From contig CALXZJ010000004.1 in NCBI GenBank assembly GCA_944393235.1, positions 4,162-68,161 of the forward strand: DNA of 64,000 bases, in the 5' to 3' direction. The translations under genes and the position numbers were made by a program. This stretch comes from an uncultured Alphaproteobacteria bacterium. GTDB taxonomy: Bacteria; Pseudomonadota; Alphaproteobacteria; RF32; CAG-239. Positions 20,751 to 30,505 of this stretch are shown piece by piece. Under the pieces are notes generated by a model. It was not told where the DNA came from. It saw only the letters and a list, made by a program, of their open reading frames with translations, and did no database searches. Numbering within the stretch: position 1 is the first letter of the stretch; every line of letters begins with the position of its first letter.

Positions 20751-21239
20751 ATGCAAGCAGCATTACAAATAAAACTCCATGAAAATCCGATAGATACGGT
20801 TGAGGATATCTTCAGCCGAAAATCTTTGGCATTTGAACGCCGAGGCGACGGTGAAATTGTTGTTGAGCTGGAGGGCAAATGGGATAATATGTTGCTGTTT
20901 TTTGCTTGGGAGGAACATCTCCATTGTTTGCATATATCCTGCCTAATGAACATTAATGCCGATATTGTTAACCGCGGACGAATTTTTGAATTATTGGCGC
21001 TGGTTAATGAAAATCTTTGGCTGGGGCATTTTTCTTATTGGAGCGAACACCAAATGCCGTTGTTCAAACATTCGGTAATTATTCATGACGGCGAAACCGA
21101 TTTTGAAAGCAAAATTGATCAGGTTATCAACATAGCTGTAAACGAATGTGAAAGAATGTATCCGGTCTTTAATGCCGTTTTAACGCAAAATATATCTCCC
21201 GAACAAGCTTTGTTTCCGGCAAAAACATTTTTACAATAA
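20751..21239 (+). CDS. YbjN-like putative sensory transduction regulator / T3SS-chaperone-fold protein.
   Basis: 162 aa acidic cytosolic protein; pattern resembles YbjN family (PF10722). This is weak similarity judged by eye. Confidence 0.4.
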   Translation: MQAALQIKLHENPIDTVEDIFSRKSLAFERRGDGEIVVELEGKWDNMLLFFAWEEHLHCLHISCLMNINADIVNRGRIFELLALVNENLWLGHFSYWSEHQMPLFKHSVIIHDGETDFESKIDQVINIAVNECERMYPVFNAVLTQNISPEQALFPAKTFLQ

Positions 21240-21244
21240 GTCCG

Positions 21245-23011
21245 TCAGTTGTTTTTGAATTGAGCATTATACAAAGCGGCATAAGCGCCGTTTTCTTTTT
21301 CTAAAAGAGCTTCGTGCGTACCGCTTTCCACAATTTGTCCGTCATTCATAACAATAATTTGTTCAGCATTTTTAATGGTCGACAAACGGTGGGCAATCAC
21401 AAAAACTGTGCGATTTTTCATTAAATTTTCAATTGCTTTTTGCACAACGGCTTCTGATTTGTTGTCTAAAGCTGATGTTGCTTCATCTAAAATGACGATA
21501 GGCGCATTTTTAATAAGCGCGCGAGCAATAGCCAAACGTTGTTTTTGCCCGCCGGAAAGCATGGTGCCGCGTTCGCCGATTTCACTGTTGATGCCTTTTT
21601 CCAAGCCGGCGACAAAATTATCTAAGTAAACCAATTTTAAAACTTCATAAATTTCCTCATCGCTGGCATCTGGTTTGCCAAACAAAATATTGTCTTTAAT
21701 TGTGCCGGAAAATAAGAAATTATCTTGAAAAACGACAGCAATGTTATTTCGCAGCGATTCTAAAGAATATTGACGTATATCAACCCCGTCAATTAAAATT
21801 TTTCCGGCTGTTACATCATAAAAACGCGGCAGCAAATTGATTAAAGTTGTTTTTCCGCCGCCGGAATTGCCGACAATAGCAATATTGCTTCCGGCTTTAA
21901 CTTTAAGATTAACATTTTTTAAAACCGGTATATTTTTGTTATATTCGAAACAAACATCGGTAAACTCAATGCTTTTTTTGATATGATGCAAAGTTTTCGG
22001 TCGAGCGCAATTTTCAATTTTTGGCTTTACACCCAAAATATCCATGATACGTTCAATCGCCAAAAATGAAATCTGAACATTGTTAAAGCTTTTACCGATA
22101 CTTTTAATTGGGGTATAAAGCAAAATCAATGCGGTAATAAATGAAACAAAATTGCCGGCTGAAATTTTGCCTTCCACAATAAGTGTGCTGCCATACCAGA
22201 TAACAGCGCCAATGCCTGCCGAAACAATAACATGCATCAAAGGTGTCATCCAACCGGTTTTTTGCACGACCTTCATGGTTAGCTTAAAAATATTAATTAA
22301 TGTGCTGTCAAATTTTTTATAGATATAAGATTGTAAATTATACGAGGCAATAGTGCGGTTGCCATTGTGCGTTTCGTTATAATTTGTGTAAATTTTGGTC
22401 GTTTCTTCAACGCTGCGGGCAATACTTTTTTTAATCCGCCGCTTAACGGAAGACAAAGGAAGTAAAGCAAAAATTAAAACCGCAATAGCAATGATTGATA
22501 GCTGCCACGAGTTATAAATCAAAACAACAATCAAAGATAATGAAGAAAAAAACCGGGAAATGAAAGTCTTTAAATTGTCCAGCAAGCCGGTGCAGGCAGT
22601 GTCGCAGTCTGAAGAAAAACGCTGAATGATCAGTCCGGAATCGTTATTGTCAAAAAAAGAAGTTTCCAAAGCCAGCAATTTTTTAAACAGTGCGCGTTTC
22701 AAATCATGGGTAATTTTAGTTCCAACCCAGGTATTAAGATACGTTGCGGCATAGTTGAGGCCGCCTTGTACCGTGGTAAAAGCAATAATCAAAAAAGGAA
22801 TATAAGCCGGCGATTGAGCAGATTTATCCACCAAAACAATATCCATATAAGGTTTTAAGGATAAAGCCACAACCGAATCAAGCGCCCCAATTGGAATACT
22901 TATTAAAATTGCCAGGATAGCACGGAATAGGTACGGGCGAACAAACGGCCACATAACTTTATAGTGTTCGTGAAAACTCATTTTTAATTCAATTGGTTCA
23001 TGCTTTGCCAT
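21245..23011 (-). CDS. ABC transporter permease/ATP-binding fusion protein (MsbA/lipid A exporter-like).
   Basis: N-terminal 6-TM domain then NBD with Walker A GNSGGGKTT, ABC signature LSGGQKQR, Walker B ILDEATSALD. Confidence 0.9.
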   Translation of the reverse strand: MAKHEPIELKMSFHEHYKVMWPFVRPYLFRAILAILISIPIGALDSVVALSLKPYMDIVLVDKSAQSPAYIPFLIIAFTTVQGGLNYAATYLNTWVGTKITHDLKRALFKKLLALETSFFDNNDSGLIIQRFSSDCDTACTGLLDNLKTFISRFFSSLSLIVVLIYNSWQLSIIAIAVLIFALLPLSSVKRRIKKSIARSVEETTKIYTNYNETHNGNRTIASYNLQSYIYKKFDSTLINIFKLTMKVVQKTGWMTPLMHVIVSAGIGAVIWYGSTLIVEGKISAGNFVSFITALILLYTPIKSIGKSFNNVQISFLAIERIMDILGVKPKIENCARPKTLHHIKKSIEFTDVCFEYNKNIPVLKNVNLKVKAGSNIAIVGNSGGGKTTLINLLPRFYDVTAGKILIDGVDIRQYSLESLRNNIAVVFQDNFLFSGTIKDNILFGKPDASDEEIYEVLKLVYLDNFVAGLEKGINSEIGERGTMLSGGQKQRLAIARALIKNAPIVILDEATSALDNKSEAVVQKAIENLMKNRTVFVIAHRLSTIKNAEQIIVMNDGQIVESGTHEALLEKENGAYAALYNAQFKNN

Positions 23012-23021
23012 AGAAATTACC

Positions 23022-23462
23022 TTAAGATAAAATATTTAAAAAATTCAAAATATACCAAACAATTGCAATTTGAAAGAAAAGCATCAGCCAAAACATAACC
23101 TTAAAACTTTTCTTTTTAGTTTTATGATGAAACAATTTTTGAGCAATAAAAGCTCCCGGCCAACCGCCAAGAAGTTCTAACGTATGCAGTTGAATTTCCG
23201 GAACGCGCCAATTACCTTTAATGGCGGCGCGTTTATCAAAACCGTAAGCCAGAACGGTAACAAAATTGATGGCGGCAAAATGAAAAACCAAAAACAATAA
23301 AAATGTTTTATATACAAACGGCGTAACTCTAAAACAATAAGTTTCCGTGTAATATGCAGTACTGATAATCAAGCCGAAATATAACAAAAAAAACGGATTT
23401 TTTTGCAACGGGCGGATTAGAATTAACATTGCTGCTAAAATAGTTGTAAACGTAATAACCAT
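23022..23462 (-). CDS. DUF1294-family small membrane protein.
   Basis: Motif RVPEIQLHTLELLGGWPGAFIAQKLFHHKTKKKSF matches the conserved DUF1294 core; 3-4 TM helices. Confidence 0.55.
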   Translation of the reverse strand: MVITFTTILAAMLILIRPLQKNPFFLLYFGLIISTAYYTETYCFRVTPFVYKTFLLFLVFHFAAINFVTVLAYGFDKRAAIKGNWRVPEIQLHTLELLGGWPGAFIAQKLFHHKTKKKSFKVMFWLMLFFQIAIVWYILNFLNILS

Positions 23463-23602
23463 ATATTTTTTCCTACCGCGGAAAATCTATAATAATTTTT
23501 TGAAAAAGGCAAATAGATAATTATATAAAAAATAAAAATTGCATTTTAATAAAAAATTAACTAATATGCTAAACATCAATAACCCATCAAGGAGAATAAA
23601 CG

Positions 23603-24412
23603 ATGAAAAAAATGATAACAATATTTATGATAGCCGGGCTGGCGGCAGGCTGTGCCACCCAAAACAATCCTGAATGCGGATATCCGCAAAACGAGTGTTC
23701 TGAGCCGGTGGTTTACGAAGTTCGCCAAGAAGCAATTCAAGTTCAAACGCGTCCATATGTTTATACGCAGTACAATCCTTGCCGTTGTGCATACCGTCCG
23801 GATCCGTGCCGTGAAGTTTTGCGTCCGCGTGTTAAAGAAGTGGTGGTTGAAAAACCGCGCCGCAATTGCCCGCCGGACAATCAAACCTTAAATTGCGGTT
23901 GCGGCAACTGCCAAACTTTTAGACAACCGGTTGTCTATCAGCAATTTAACGGCGCCTCAGCCCCGACAGCTGCAGGAAATGTACAATATCGCACCGGGAA
24001 GTATACGGCGGTTGAAGAAATTATCCCTAACCATCCGGATGCATATTTGTTAGCATCTTCTCGAGTTTTAAATCGTTTTTTGAAGGATACCTCATCAATT
24101 TATTCCCAAAGTCCTGATGTCAAACTGTTTGTCAAGACCGCCCGTGCCGGCAGCAAAGATTTGCCGGGCGGTCTAAACGAAGGTCCTGACAATATGAAAA
24201 AGCAGATTGAAAATTCCTATACTTTTGTTATAAGCGACACCCTTTCTGATGCTGATTATTATTTAGAAACAGATGTCGACTGGTTGGATACGCCTTCTAA
24301 AACTGTTCCGGCGATTCAATACAAAGTAGCCTTATACGATAACCAAAAAAACAAAATAGATGAATGGGTTGAAGTGATTAAAAAAGTAGATAATTCAGAA
24401 AGCTGGCTGTAA
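23603..24412 (+). CDS. Cys-rich lipoprotein, function unknown.
   Basis: Lipobox (LAAGC) signal peptide; N-terminal cluster of Cys/Pro residues; good RBS (aaggagaa). Confidence 0.55.
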   Translation: MKKMITIFMIAGLAAGCATQNNPECGYPQNECSEPVVYEVRQEAIQVQTRPYVYTQYNPCRCAYRPDPCREVLRPRVKEVVVEKPRRNCPPDNQTLNCGCGNCQTFRQPVVYQQFNGASAPTAAGNVQYRTGKYTAVEEIIPNHPDAYLLASSRVLNRFLKDTSSIYSQSPDVKLFVKTARAGSKDLPGGLNEGPDNMKKQIENSYTFVISDTLSDADYYLETDVDWLDTPSKTVPAIQYKVALYDNQKNKIDEWVEVIKKVDNSESWL

Positions 24413-24414
24413 GG

Positions 24415-25338
24415 ATGCATCTCAAACGGACTTTTTTTGCAATATTGCTGCCGTTGATATTCATGACGGCTAAAGCAAAAGCGCAGCTTATAGAAATATA
24501 CGGCAACGCTTGTGAAAAAGTTATTGAAGGAGAGAGCAAATCCAGCACACGTGTCAGAGCTGCCGACAAGGCAGTGTTTTTAGGTGTTAAAAAGATTGAA
24601 GAATTATCAGATGCCAAACAAAATTTGAACGAACATGATTTAAATGTTTTGGTTTATCGTTTGGTTGATGAACATGTTGAAGATTTATCAGTTAACACCA
24701 CGAAAGATAATGAAGATAAAATTTGTGTCGAAATTACCGGCGCAATTAATCCACAGTCTGTTATGCAGGTAAAAGAAGAGTTTTTGAAAAACGGAATGCC
24801 AAACAAGGCATTGCCGGCTGAAGCTGTGGCTGAAATAGCAAATGAAATTAAACAAGAAACGATTATCAAGCCTGAAAACCCTGAAAAACTTGCTTTGCTG
24901 CATATTTCAGCACTGGAGTATTATAACGGTGCTAAATCAATTAAATATACAGAACCGCTAAAGCAATTGTTTTCCGGCAATCCGTATTTTTATTTAACCG
25001 AAGACGCAGAAATTGCTGATTATATTGTGCGTCCAAAAGTATTAAAAGCAAAAGTGGATAAACTTGATGCCGGGCACAAACGTTTGCAAATGGTTGTTAC
25101 ACTTGAAATTTCGGGCTTAGAAAAAGATGTTGTCAATGAATATCAAAATCGTTTTGTCTTGTTTGGTGCAGAAGAAGACGAACAAAAAACAGCATCGCGT
25201 TTGCTAAAAAAACTGCTTGACAATGCCGGCAGCGGTGCTTTGCGTAAAATTGAACATCACGAGCAAGAAAAACTTGAAAAGAATGAAATAGGTCGTCCGT
25301 TGGATGAAGAAATAGCCCACAGCAATTGGTCGTTTTAG
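24415..25338 (+). CDS. Secreted acidic protein, function unknown; translationally coupled to the upstream lipoprotein.
   Basis: Signal peptide MHLKRTFFAILLPLIFMTAKAKA; start 3 nt after the upstream stop; no recognisable catalytic motifs. Confidence 0.5.
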   Translation: MHLKRTFFAILLPLIFMTAKAKAQLIEIYGNACEKVIEGESKSSTRVRAADKAVFLGVKKIEELSDAKQNLNEHDLNVLVYRLVDEHVEDLSVNTTKDNEDKICVEITGAINPQSVMQVKEEFLKNGMPNKALPAEAVAEIANEIKQETIIKPENPEKLALLHISALEYYNGAKSIKYTEPLKQLFSGNPYFYLTEDAEIADYIVRPKVLKAKVDKLDAGHKRLQMVVTLEISGLEKDVVNEYQNRFVLFGAEEDEQKTASRLLKKLLDNAGSGALRKIEHHEQEKLEKNEIGRPLDEEIAHSNWSF

Positions 25339-25342
25339 CGTT

Positions 25343-25780
25343 TCATTTTTCCAGCAAGAAAGTGACCGGTCCGTCATTAACAAGTTCAACCATCATATGA
25401 GCTTGAAAAATGCCGTTTTTGACTGTAACATTTTGTTCTTGTAGTTTTTTTGTAAAATATAAATATAATCGGTTAGCTTCTTGAGGTAAGGCGGCTTTAT
25501 CAAATCCCGGGCGGTTGCCGTGGCTGACATCGCCGGCAAGCGTAAACTGCGAAACGACCAAAATTTCACCACCAATGTCTTTAACCGAAAGATTCATTTT
25601 GCCGTTTTCATCTTCAAAAATACGCAAATTTGCCGTTTTGTGCGCCAAATAATCTGCCTGTTGTTCCGTATCATTTTTTTCGACCCCTACAAATACCAGC
25701 AAACCTTGTCCGATTCGCGCAATAAGCTGACCGTCAACGGTAACGCAAGCACGGCTTACTCTTTGCAGCAAAGTTTTCAT
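25343..25780 (-). CDS. dtd: D-aminoacyl-tRNA deacylase.
   Basis: [11 protein letters not shown]...SQFTL..D...GNRP.F signature of Dtd; start set to the internal ATG (MKTLL), the ORF-track upstream extension being non-homologous. Confidence 0.9.
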   Translation of the reverse strand: MKTLLQRVSRACVTVDGQLIARIGQGLLVFVGVEKNDTEQQADYLAHKTANLRIFEDENGKMNLSVKDIGGEILVVSQFTLAGDVSHGNRPGFDKAALPQEANRLYLYFTKKLQEQNVTVKNGIFQAHMMVELVNDGPVTFLLEK

Positions 25781-25796
25781 AATCTGAGTTTCCTTT

Positions 25797-27023
25797 CTAA
25801 AAAAACAAATACGACAAATAAATGGCAGCACCGATACCTGCCAAGTCGGCAAGCAAAGCACAAGGTAGAGCGGTGCGCGTTTTAACGATTTTTACCGCAC
25901 CAAAATAAACCGCCAACACGTAAAAAGTTGTTTCGGTCGAGCCTTGAATAACCGAGGCAACAAAACCTTCAAAACTGTCACCGCCGTATGTTTTGAGCGT
26001 TTCAATCATCATGGCGCGCGCACCGCTGCCGGAGAGCGGTTTCATAAGAGCTGTCGGCAGTGCCGGTACAAAAGAAGTATCTGCATTGAAAAATAAGAGT
26101 GTTTTTTCCACGCCGGCAACAAACAAATCCATAATACCAGAAGCACGCAACATGGCGATGGCTGCAAGCATGGCCACGAGATAAGGAATAATTTTAACGG
26201 CAATTTCAAAACCTTCTTTTGCACCGTTAATAAAGGTCTCGTAGACATTAAGACGCTTGAGTGCCCCGGCTGCTATAAATATGAAAACAATAAATAATAA
26301 AATAAAATTTCCGGCAGCTGTTGAATATTGAAGCCTCATTTCATCTGGAAGTGAAACAAAATACCAAGCCAAACCGCCAACCACTAAAGCAAACCCGCCG
26401 ATATAAGCCAAAACAACTTTATTAAAAATATTGAGCTTTTGTGTCCAAGCCACCGCCAAAAAGCCAACCAAAGTTGAAGCAGAAGTTGCCAATAAAATTG
26501 GGATAAATACGGCACACGGATTAGATGAACCGAGTTCGGCACGATACATTAAAATATTAATCGGCACAATAGTCACCGCTGAAGCATTAATTACCATAAA
26601 CATAATTTGAGCATTTGAGGCGGTATCTTTTTTCAGGTTAAGTTCCTGCATTTGTTCCATGGCTTTTAGCCCCATCGGTGTGGCAGCATTATCAAGCCCT
26701 AGCATATTGGCGGCCATGTTCATAATAATAGAACCGATAGAAGGGTGGTTTTCAGGAATTTCGGGCATGATTTTTTTAAACAGCGGTGCCAAAGCCTTAG
26801 CAAGAACAGCTGTCAAGCCGGCGCATTCGGCAATTTTTAACAATCCTAGCCACAAACAGAGCATGCCGGTTAAATTAATGCAAATGGTAAAACCGCTTTT
26901 GGCGGCATCAAACAAGGCGTTAACCATCAATGTCCAAATTTCGGCATGTCCTAAAACAAACGCCTGATAGCCAGCCGCTAAAAAAGAAAGCAGAAAAAAA
27001 GTTGTCCAAATAACATTAAGCAT
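25797..27023 (-). CDS. Polytopic membrane protein with nucleoside-recognition (Gate) domains, SpmA/SpmB / YjiH-like.
   Basis: 408 aa, about 10 TM helices, duplicated Gate-like halves; judged on general architecture only. Confidence 0.5.
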   Translation of the reverse strand: MLNVIWTTFFLLSFLAAGYQAFVLGHAEIWTLMVNALFDAAKSGFTICINLTGMLCLWLGLLKIAECAGLTAVLAKALAPLFKKIMPEIPENHPSIGSIIMNMAANMLGLDNAATPMGLKAMEQMQELNLKKDTASNAQIMFMVINASAVTIVPINILMYRAELGSSNPCAVFIPILLATSASTLVGFLAVAWTQKLNIFNKVVLAYIGGFALVVGGLAWYFVSLPDEMRLQYSTAAGNFILLFIVFIFIAAGALKRLNVYETFINGAKEGFEIAVKIIPYLVAMLAAIAMLRASGIMDLFVAGVEKTLLFFNADTSFVPALPTALMKPLSGSGARAMMIETLKTYGGDSFEGFVASVIQGSTETTFYVLAVYFGAVKIVKTRTALPCALLADLAGIGAAIYLSYLFF

Positions 27024-27146
27024 GACAATCTCTTAATTAATGATAATTAACGATAACCTATCTTAAAAAGGTGAAGATAATTTTAATATTTTATTTAAGA
27101 AAGACAGTTTATACTCATACACAAATAATTATTTAAGGAGAAAATT

Positions 27147-27716
27147 ATGGAAAAATGGATTGTCATTGCCGCTGTGGTTATTATTTTAGGCGGTTTTTAT
27201 TTATTGTATGTATCTTTGGTTAAAAAGAAAAACAAAGTAAAAGAAGCGTCATCAGGCATTGATGTCCAATTAAAAAAACGTTATGACCTTATTCCGAATT
27301 TACTGCAGATGGCTTCTAAATTTATGGAACATGAAAAAGATTTGATGACTGAAATTGTTCGTCTTAGAACCGAAGCCATGAAAAAAGATTTTGGCGGAAA
27401 TCCGAAAGAAGCGATTGATTTGGCAAATGCAATTGATGCTCGTTTACACGATTTTTGGTTGTCGGTAGAAAATTATCCGGATTTGAAATCAAACCAAACC
27501 ATGCTGCAAACCATGCAAAGTTTTAACGAAGTGGAAGAACACATAGCCGCTGCCCGCCGTTTTTATAATGCCAGCGTTAATGATTTGAAAAATGCTGCCG
27601 AAATTTTTCCCGGCAATATAGTCGCTGCGATGGTTGGTATCAAAGCGGATATGCCGTTTTTTGAAGCAGAACAAGAAGCAAAACAACGAGTAGAAGCAAA
27701 AGAGTTCTTTAAATGA
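27147..27716 (+). CDS. lemA: LemA family protein.
   Basis: N-terminal TM helix then conserved LemA core (QLKKRYDLIPNL...RLRTEA...FYNASVNDLKNA). Confidence 0.85.
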   Translation: MEKWIVIAAVVIILGGFYLLYVSLVKKKNKVKEASSGIDVQLKKRYDLIPNLLQMASKFMEHEKDLMTEIVRLRTEAMKKDFGGNPKEAIDLANAIDARLHDFWLSVENYPDLKSNQTMLQTMQSFNEVEEHIAAARRFYNASVNDLKNAAEIFPGNIVAAMVGIKADMPFFEAEQEAKQRVEAKEFFK

Positions 27717-28693
27717 TAACGCCCGATTTTGACAACCTCGAATATGAACAATATTCAAATCTAAAGAGTCGTTTTGATCAATATTATCAAACAACATTGC
27801 AACCGTTTTTAAAGCAAAAAGAAGACACCCGCTTAAAGTATGTCAGTCGTTTTTGGTTTTTGCTGCTGTTTATTCTTTTTATATTACCGATGATTATTTT
27901 GGTGGTATATTTTTTGGAACAATACTGTGAAACAAAGATAGATTGGGCAGGAATCCTCTGCTTAATGATAGCGCTGACAATTTATATTTTACGAGGCCCC
28001 TTTGCCAAATACCGCAAAGAAGTCAAAAATGATGTAATGGATTTGTTTGTTCGTTTTTTTGATGGTTTTTCCTATCACCACGGCAGTGGCTTAAGCAAGG
28101 CATTAATGCAGCAAAGCCGTATTTTCCCGGAATATACCACAGAAAATGCAGACGATTGTTTTAGCGGTGTTTATAATGGCGTCACTTTAAAAGTATGTGA
28201 AGAGATATTAAAAAAAGAAAGTTATACGGCTAAAGGAAAAAGGCAGCTAAAAACGGTATTTCAAGGCATTGCGGTTGAAATGGGCATGAAAAAACCGTTT
28301 AAGGGACAGACGGTTGTTTTAAAAGATTCCGGTTTCTTTAATAAATTCAAAGGCTTTGAAGATATGGAAAGAGTAAAACTTGAAGATGTTATTTTTGAAA
28401 AACATTTTGAAGTTTATTCATCAGATCAAATTGAAGCACGGTATTTATTAACCACGGCTTTTATGGAACGTATTTTGAAATTAAAAGAGCTTTATAAAGG
28501 CAAAAAAATTGAGATAAGTTTTTATGCCAACAAAATTTTACTGGCGATTGATACCCAGGAAGACATGTTTGAGCCTTGTTCATTTTTTAAAACCAATTTG
28601 AATAAAGAAAAATTTGATAGGGTTTTTGAACAGTTTTGGACGGTTTTTTCCATTATTAACATTCTAAAATTAAACCAGAATATTGGAATGTAA
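27713..28693 (+). CDS. LemA-associated membrane protein (DUF3137-like).
   Basis: Overlaps lemA stop by 4 nt (ATGA); two N-terminal TM helices then a soluble domain, the usual partner architecture next to lemA. Confidence 0.45.
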   Translation: MITPDFDNLEYEQYSNLKSRFDQYYQTTLQPFLKQKEDTRLKYVSRFWFLLLFILFILPMIILVVYFLEQYCETKIDWAGILCLMIALTIYILRGPFAKYRKEVKNDVMDLFVRFFDGFSYHHGSGLSKALMQQSRIFPEYTTENADDCFSGVYNGVTLKVCEEILKKESYTAKGKRQLKTVFQGIAVEMGMKKPFKGQTVVLKDSGFFNKFKGFEDMERVKLEDVIFEKHFEVYSSDQIEARYLLTTAFMERILKLKELYKGKKIEISFYANKILLAIDTQEDMFEPCSFFKTNLNKEKFDRVFEQFWTVFSIINILKLNQNIGM

Positions 28694-28699
28694 TATATC

Positions 28700-28731
28700 A
28701 AAAGCCCGCTTTTCGAAAAGCGGGCTTAAAA
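28700..28731. terminator. Strong bidirectional rho-independent terminator.
   Basis: Perfect 12-bp stem aagcccgctttt / aaaagcgggctt with 2-nt loop, A/T runs on both sides, between convergent genes. Confidence 0.7.
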
Positions 28732-28732
28732 T

Positions 28733-29404
28733 TTAATTTTGTTTATTTTTCAACAAATGGTATTGCACCAGCATGATAATCACAAGATAAGGCAAAAACA
28801 TTTCGCTGCTTTCTTCCAAAAGCGACCAGATTTCAATTTGCCCGCGCGGCAGAGGAACATCATTGTGTGCATCACGCCAGTTGCCCGGAAAACGGTCGGC
28901 AAACTTGGCAAAAACCAAAACCGTGCAAAAAACCGCCGTGGACCAGGTAACGGTATTGAATTTGAAAAAAGACAAAACCAGATGTTTGGCATATTTAACC
29001 GCCAGATAAATCACCGCCCCGAAAATCACGATTAACAGCAATCCGAAAACAATCTTTTCCCCCAGAGGGTTATCAGGGTTTAAGAAGAAACGCGATTTGA
29101 AAGGAGTGGTATCGGTGCGCGACAAATGGTGCTGAATGCCGGCTTCGCGCAAAAATGCACACATGGCTAAAAATAAATAAATGCCCCAGGAGGTAATTTT
29201 ATCGGTATAATCTTTGGCAAAATACATTAAAGCCGCCAGCATGGAAATATAGCCGATGTTGGTGATGAGCTCAATAATTTGCCCGTCTTCGGTAATTTTG
29301 AATTTTTGCTCAGGAAAATAAATCAAAACGACCGCCAGCATCAACCCCCAGCAAATGGTAAACAAAACCGGCGTAAAAAACGGTGATAAGAAAATTTTTT
29401 TCAT
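28733..29404 (-). CDS. Hypothetical polytopic membrane protein.
   Basis: 223 aa, 5-6 hydrophobic helices, no recognisable motif. Confidence 0.5.
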   Translation of the reverse strand: MKKIFLSPFFTPVLFTICWGLMLAVVLIYFPEQKFKITEDGQIIELITNIGYISMLAALMYFAKDYTDKITSWGIYLFLAMCAFLREAGIQHHLSRTDTTPFKSRFFLNPDNPLGEKIVFGLLLIVIFGAVIYLAVKYAKHLVLSFFKFNTVTWSTAVFCTVLVFAKFADRFPGNWRDAHNDVPLPRGQIEIWSLLEESSEMFLPYLVIIMLVQYHLLKNKQN

Positions 29405-29510
29405 AACTTTGTCCTTATAAATTATTTTAAAATATACAGGACTATATATTTAAAGTATTCGGAAATAAACAGTTTTTTTAAAGAAGGTGCATAAATCCGG
29501 ATGGTTTAAT

Positions 29511-30158
29511 TTATACAAAAATCCAAATCCGGAATGTGGTGGCCGTACTTTCTTCGGTAAATCCTCGGCACAATGCATCAATTTTATCCAAATCCAACGC
29601 CGCTATGCAGCGCCCGCTTGGCTGGCATGAATCTTGTCCGTAATAAATGGTTTGTGTATTTTCATTTATACCCATGCCGTAGGTTTCAAGAGCATGTAAA
29701 ATAGGGGCATTTTCTTTTCCGGTTTTAACAACGTTCCGGCAGATTTCCACATTTAAATCATCTTCTCCGGGGTTGAGGTATACTTCGGCCATCATGGCAT
29801 TTCGCTGCGGTTTGCCGGCAAGAACGGTTGTATTCTGGCTTCCGGTGACATAAAAAGCAACCCGCAGACCAAACACATCATATACATAGGACTTGGTATC
29901 AGGCCGTATCATTTCTTTGGGAACAGCGCCAAGAGAAATAAAAGTACTGGTAATATTATTGGTAATGGTATTGTCAATCGTGATTTTGCCGGCATATAAT
30001 GCTGCCGTATTGAAAATGGTATTTAATTGCTCGGCCTGTTTATTGAGTTTATATTTAAGCATTGCCTTGGAATAACCGGCAATTGCCCCGACGGAAAGCA
30101 CGCCGATAATCGCCAGCACGCCGAGCATTTCCACCATACTTCTACCATTTTCGCGCAT
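29511..30158 (-). CDS. Type IV pilin-like protein, copy 2 (MRENG / RSMVEMLGVLAIIG... prepilin N-terminus).
   Basis: Short leader ending in Gly, Glu at +5, 20-aa hydrophobic helix matching the type IV pilin alpha1-N consensus (E-L/M-x-x-V-x-A-I-I-G-x-L); C-terminal Cys pair; RBS gggaga 7 nt upstream of ATG 30158. Confidence 0.75.
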   Translation of the reverse strand: MRENGRSMVEMLGVLAIIGVLSVGAIAGYSKAMLKYKLNKQAEQLNTIFNTAALYAGKITIDNTITNNITSTFISLGAVPKEMIRPDTKSYVYDVFGLRVAFYVTGSQNTTVLAGKPQRNAMMAEVYLNPGEDDLNVEICRNVVKTGKENAPILHALETYGMGINENTQTIYYGQDSCQPSGRCIAALDLDKIDALCRGFTEESTATTFRIWIFV

Positions 30159-30195
30159 AACATTCTCCCAAAACTGCAAAATAAATGTATTTGCT

Positions 30196-30250
30196 CGTCA
30201 TTCTAAACCGTTTTTTTTTTTTGCAATTTTAAAGAGTCTGGTGGGGATAA
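30196..30250 (-). promoter_or_regulatory. Conserved pilin promoter block, copy 2, with 12-nt T tract at 30211-30222.
   Basis: Same block as at 14002-14056; coding strand TTGC-A12-CGGTT-TAGAAT about 40 nt upstream of the start codon. Confidence 0.4.
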
Positions 30251-30480
30251 CTTACAACCGGTACTTTATCGCCATACCCCAATCCTCGTCACTCCACGAG
30301 GATACGTTAGTATCCGAGTTCTGGGGTCTCTTCCCTTTTTCTCTGTCATGCCACTGCCGAGCATTGCGCGGCAGTTTAGGCATCTCGTCTCATACATGCA
30401 ACAGACGCCTTAACCGCCGCACTATCGCACGCCGATGGCGTGACAAAGAGGAACGCCTTACCGCAAGCGTTATGCGCTCT
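30251..30480. repeat. Mosaic hairpin repeat modules (order D-A-B) upstream of pilin copy 2.
   Basis: ccccaatcctcgtcactccacgaggatacgttagtatccgagtt, gtcatgccactgccgagcattgcgcggcagtttaggcatctc, catgcaacagacgccttaaccgccgcactatcgcacgcc; each contains a 6-7 bp inverted repeat. Confidence 0.5.
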
Positions 30481-30505
30481 AAAAGCATCTGACAATATAG
30501 TGTTA

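Noticed and set aside
25797-25861. Apparent overlap between the dtd ORF-track start (25861) and the upstream membrane protein gene
   Set aside because: The first 27 codons of the tracked ORF are non-homologous extension. The conserved Dtd sequence starts at the internal ATG (25780), which removes the overlap.
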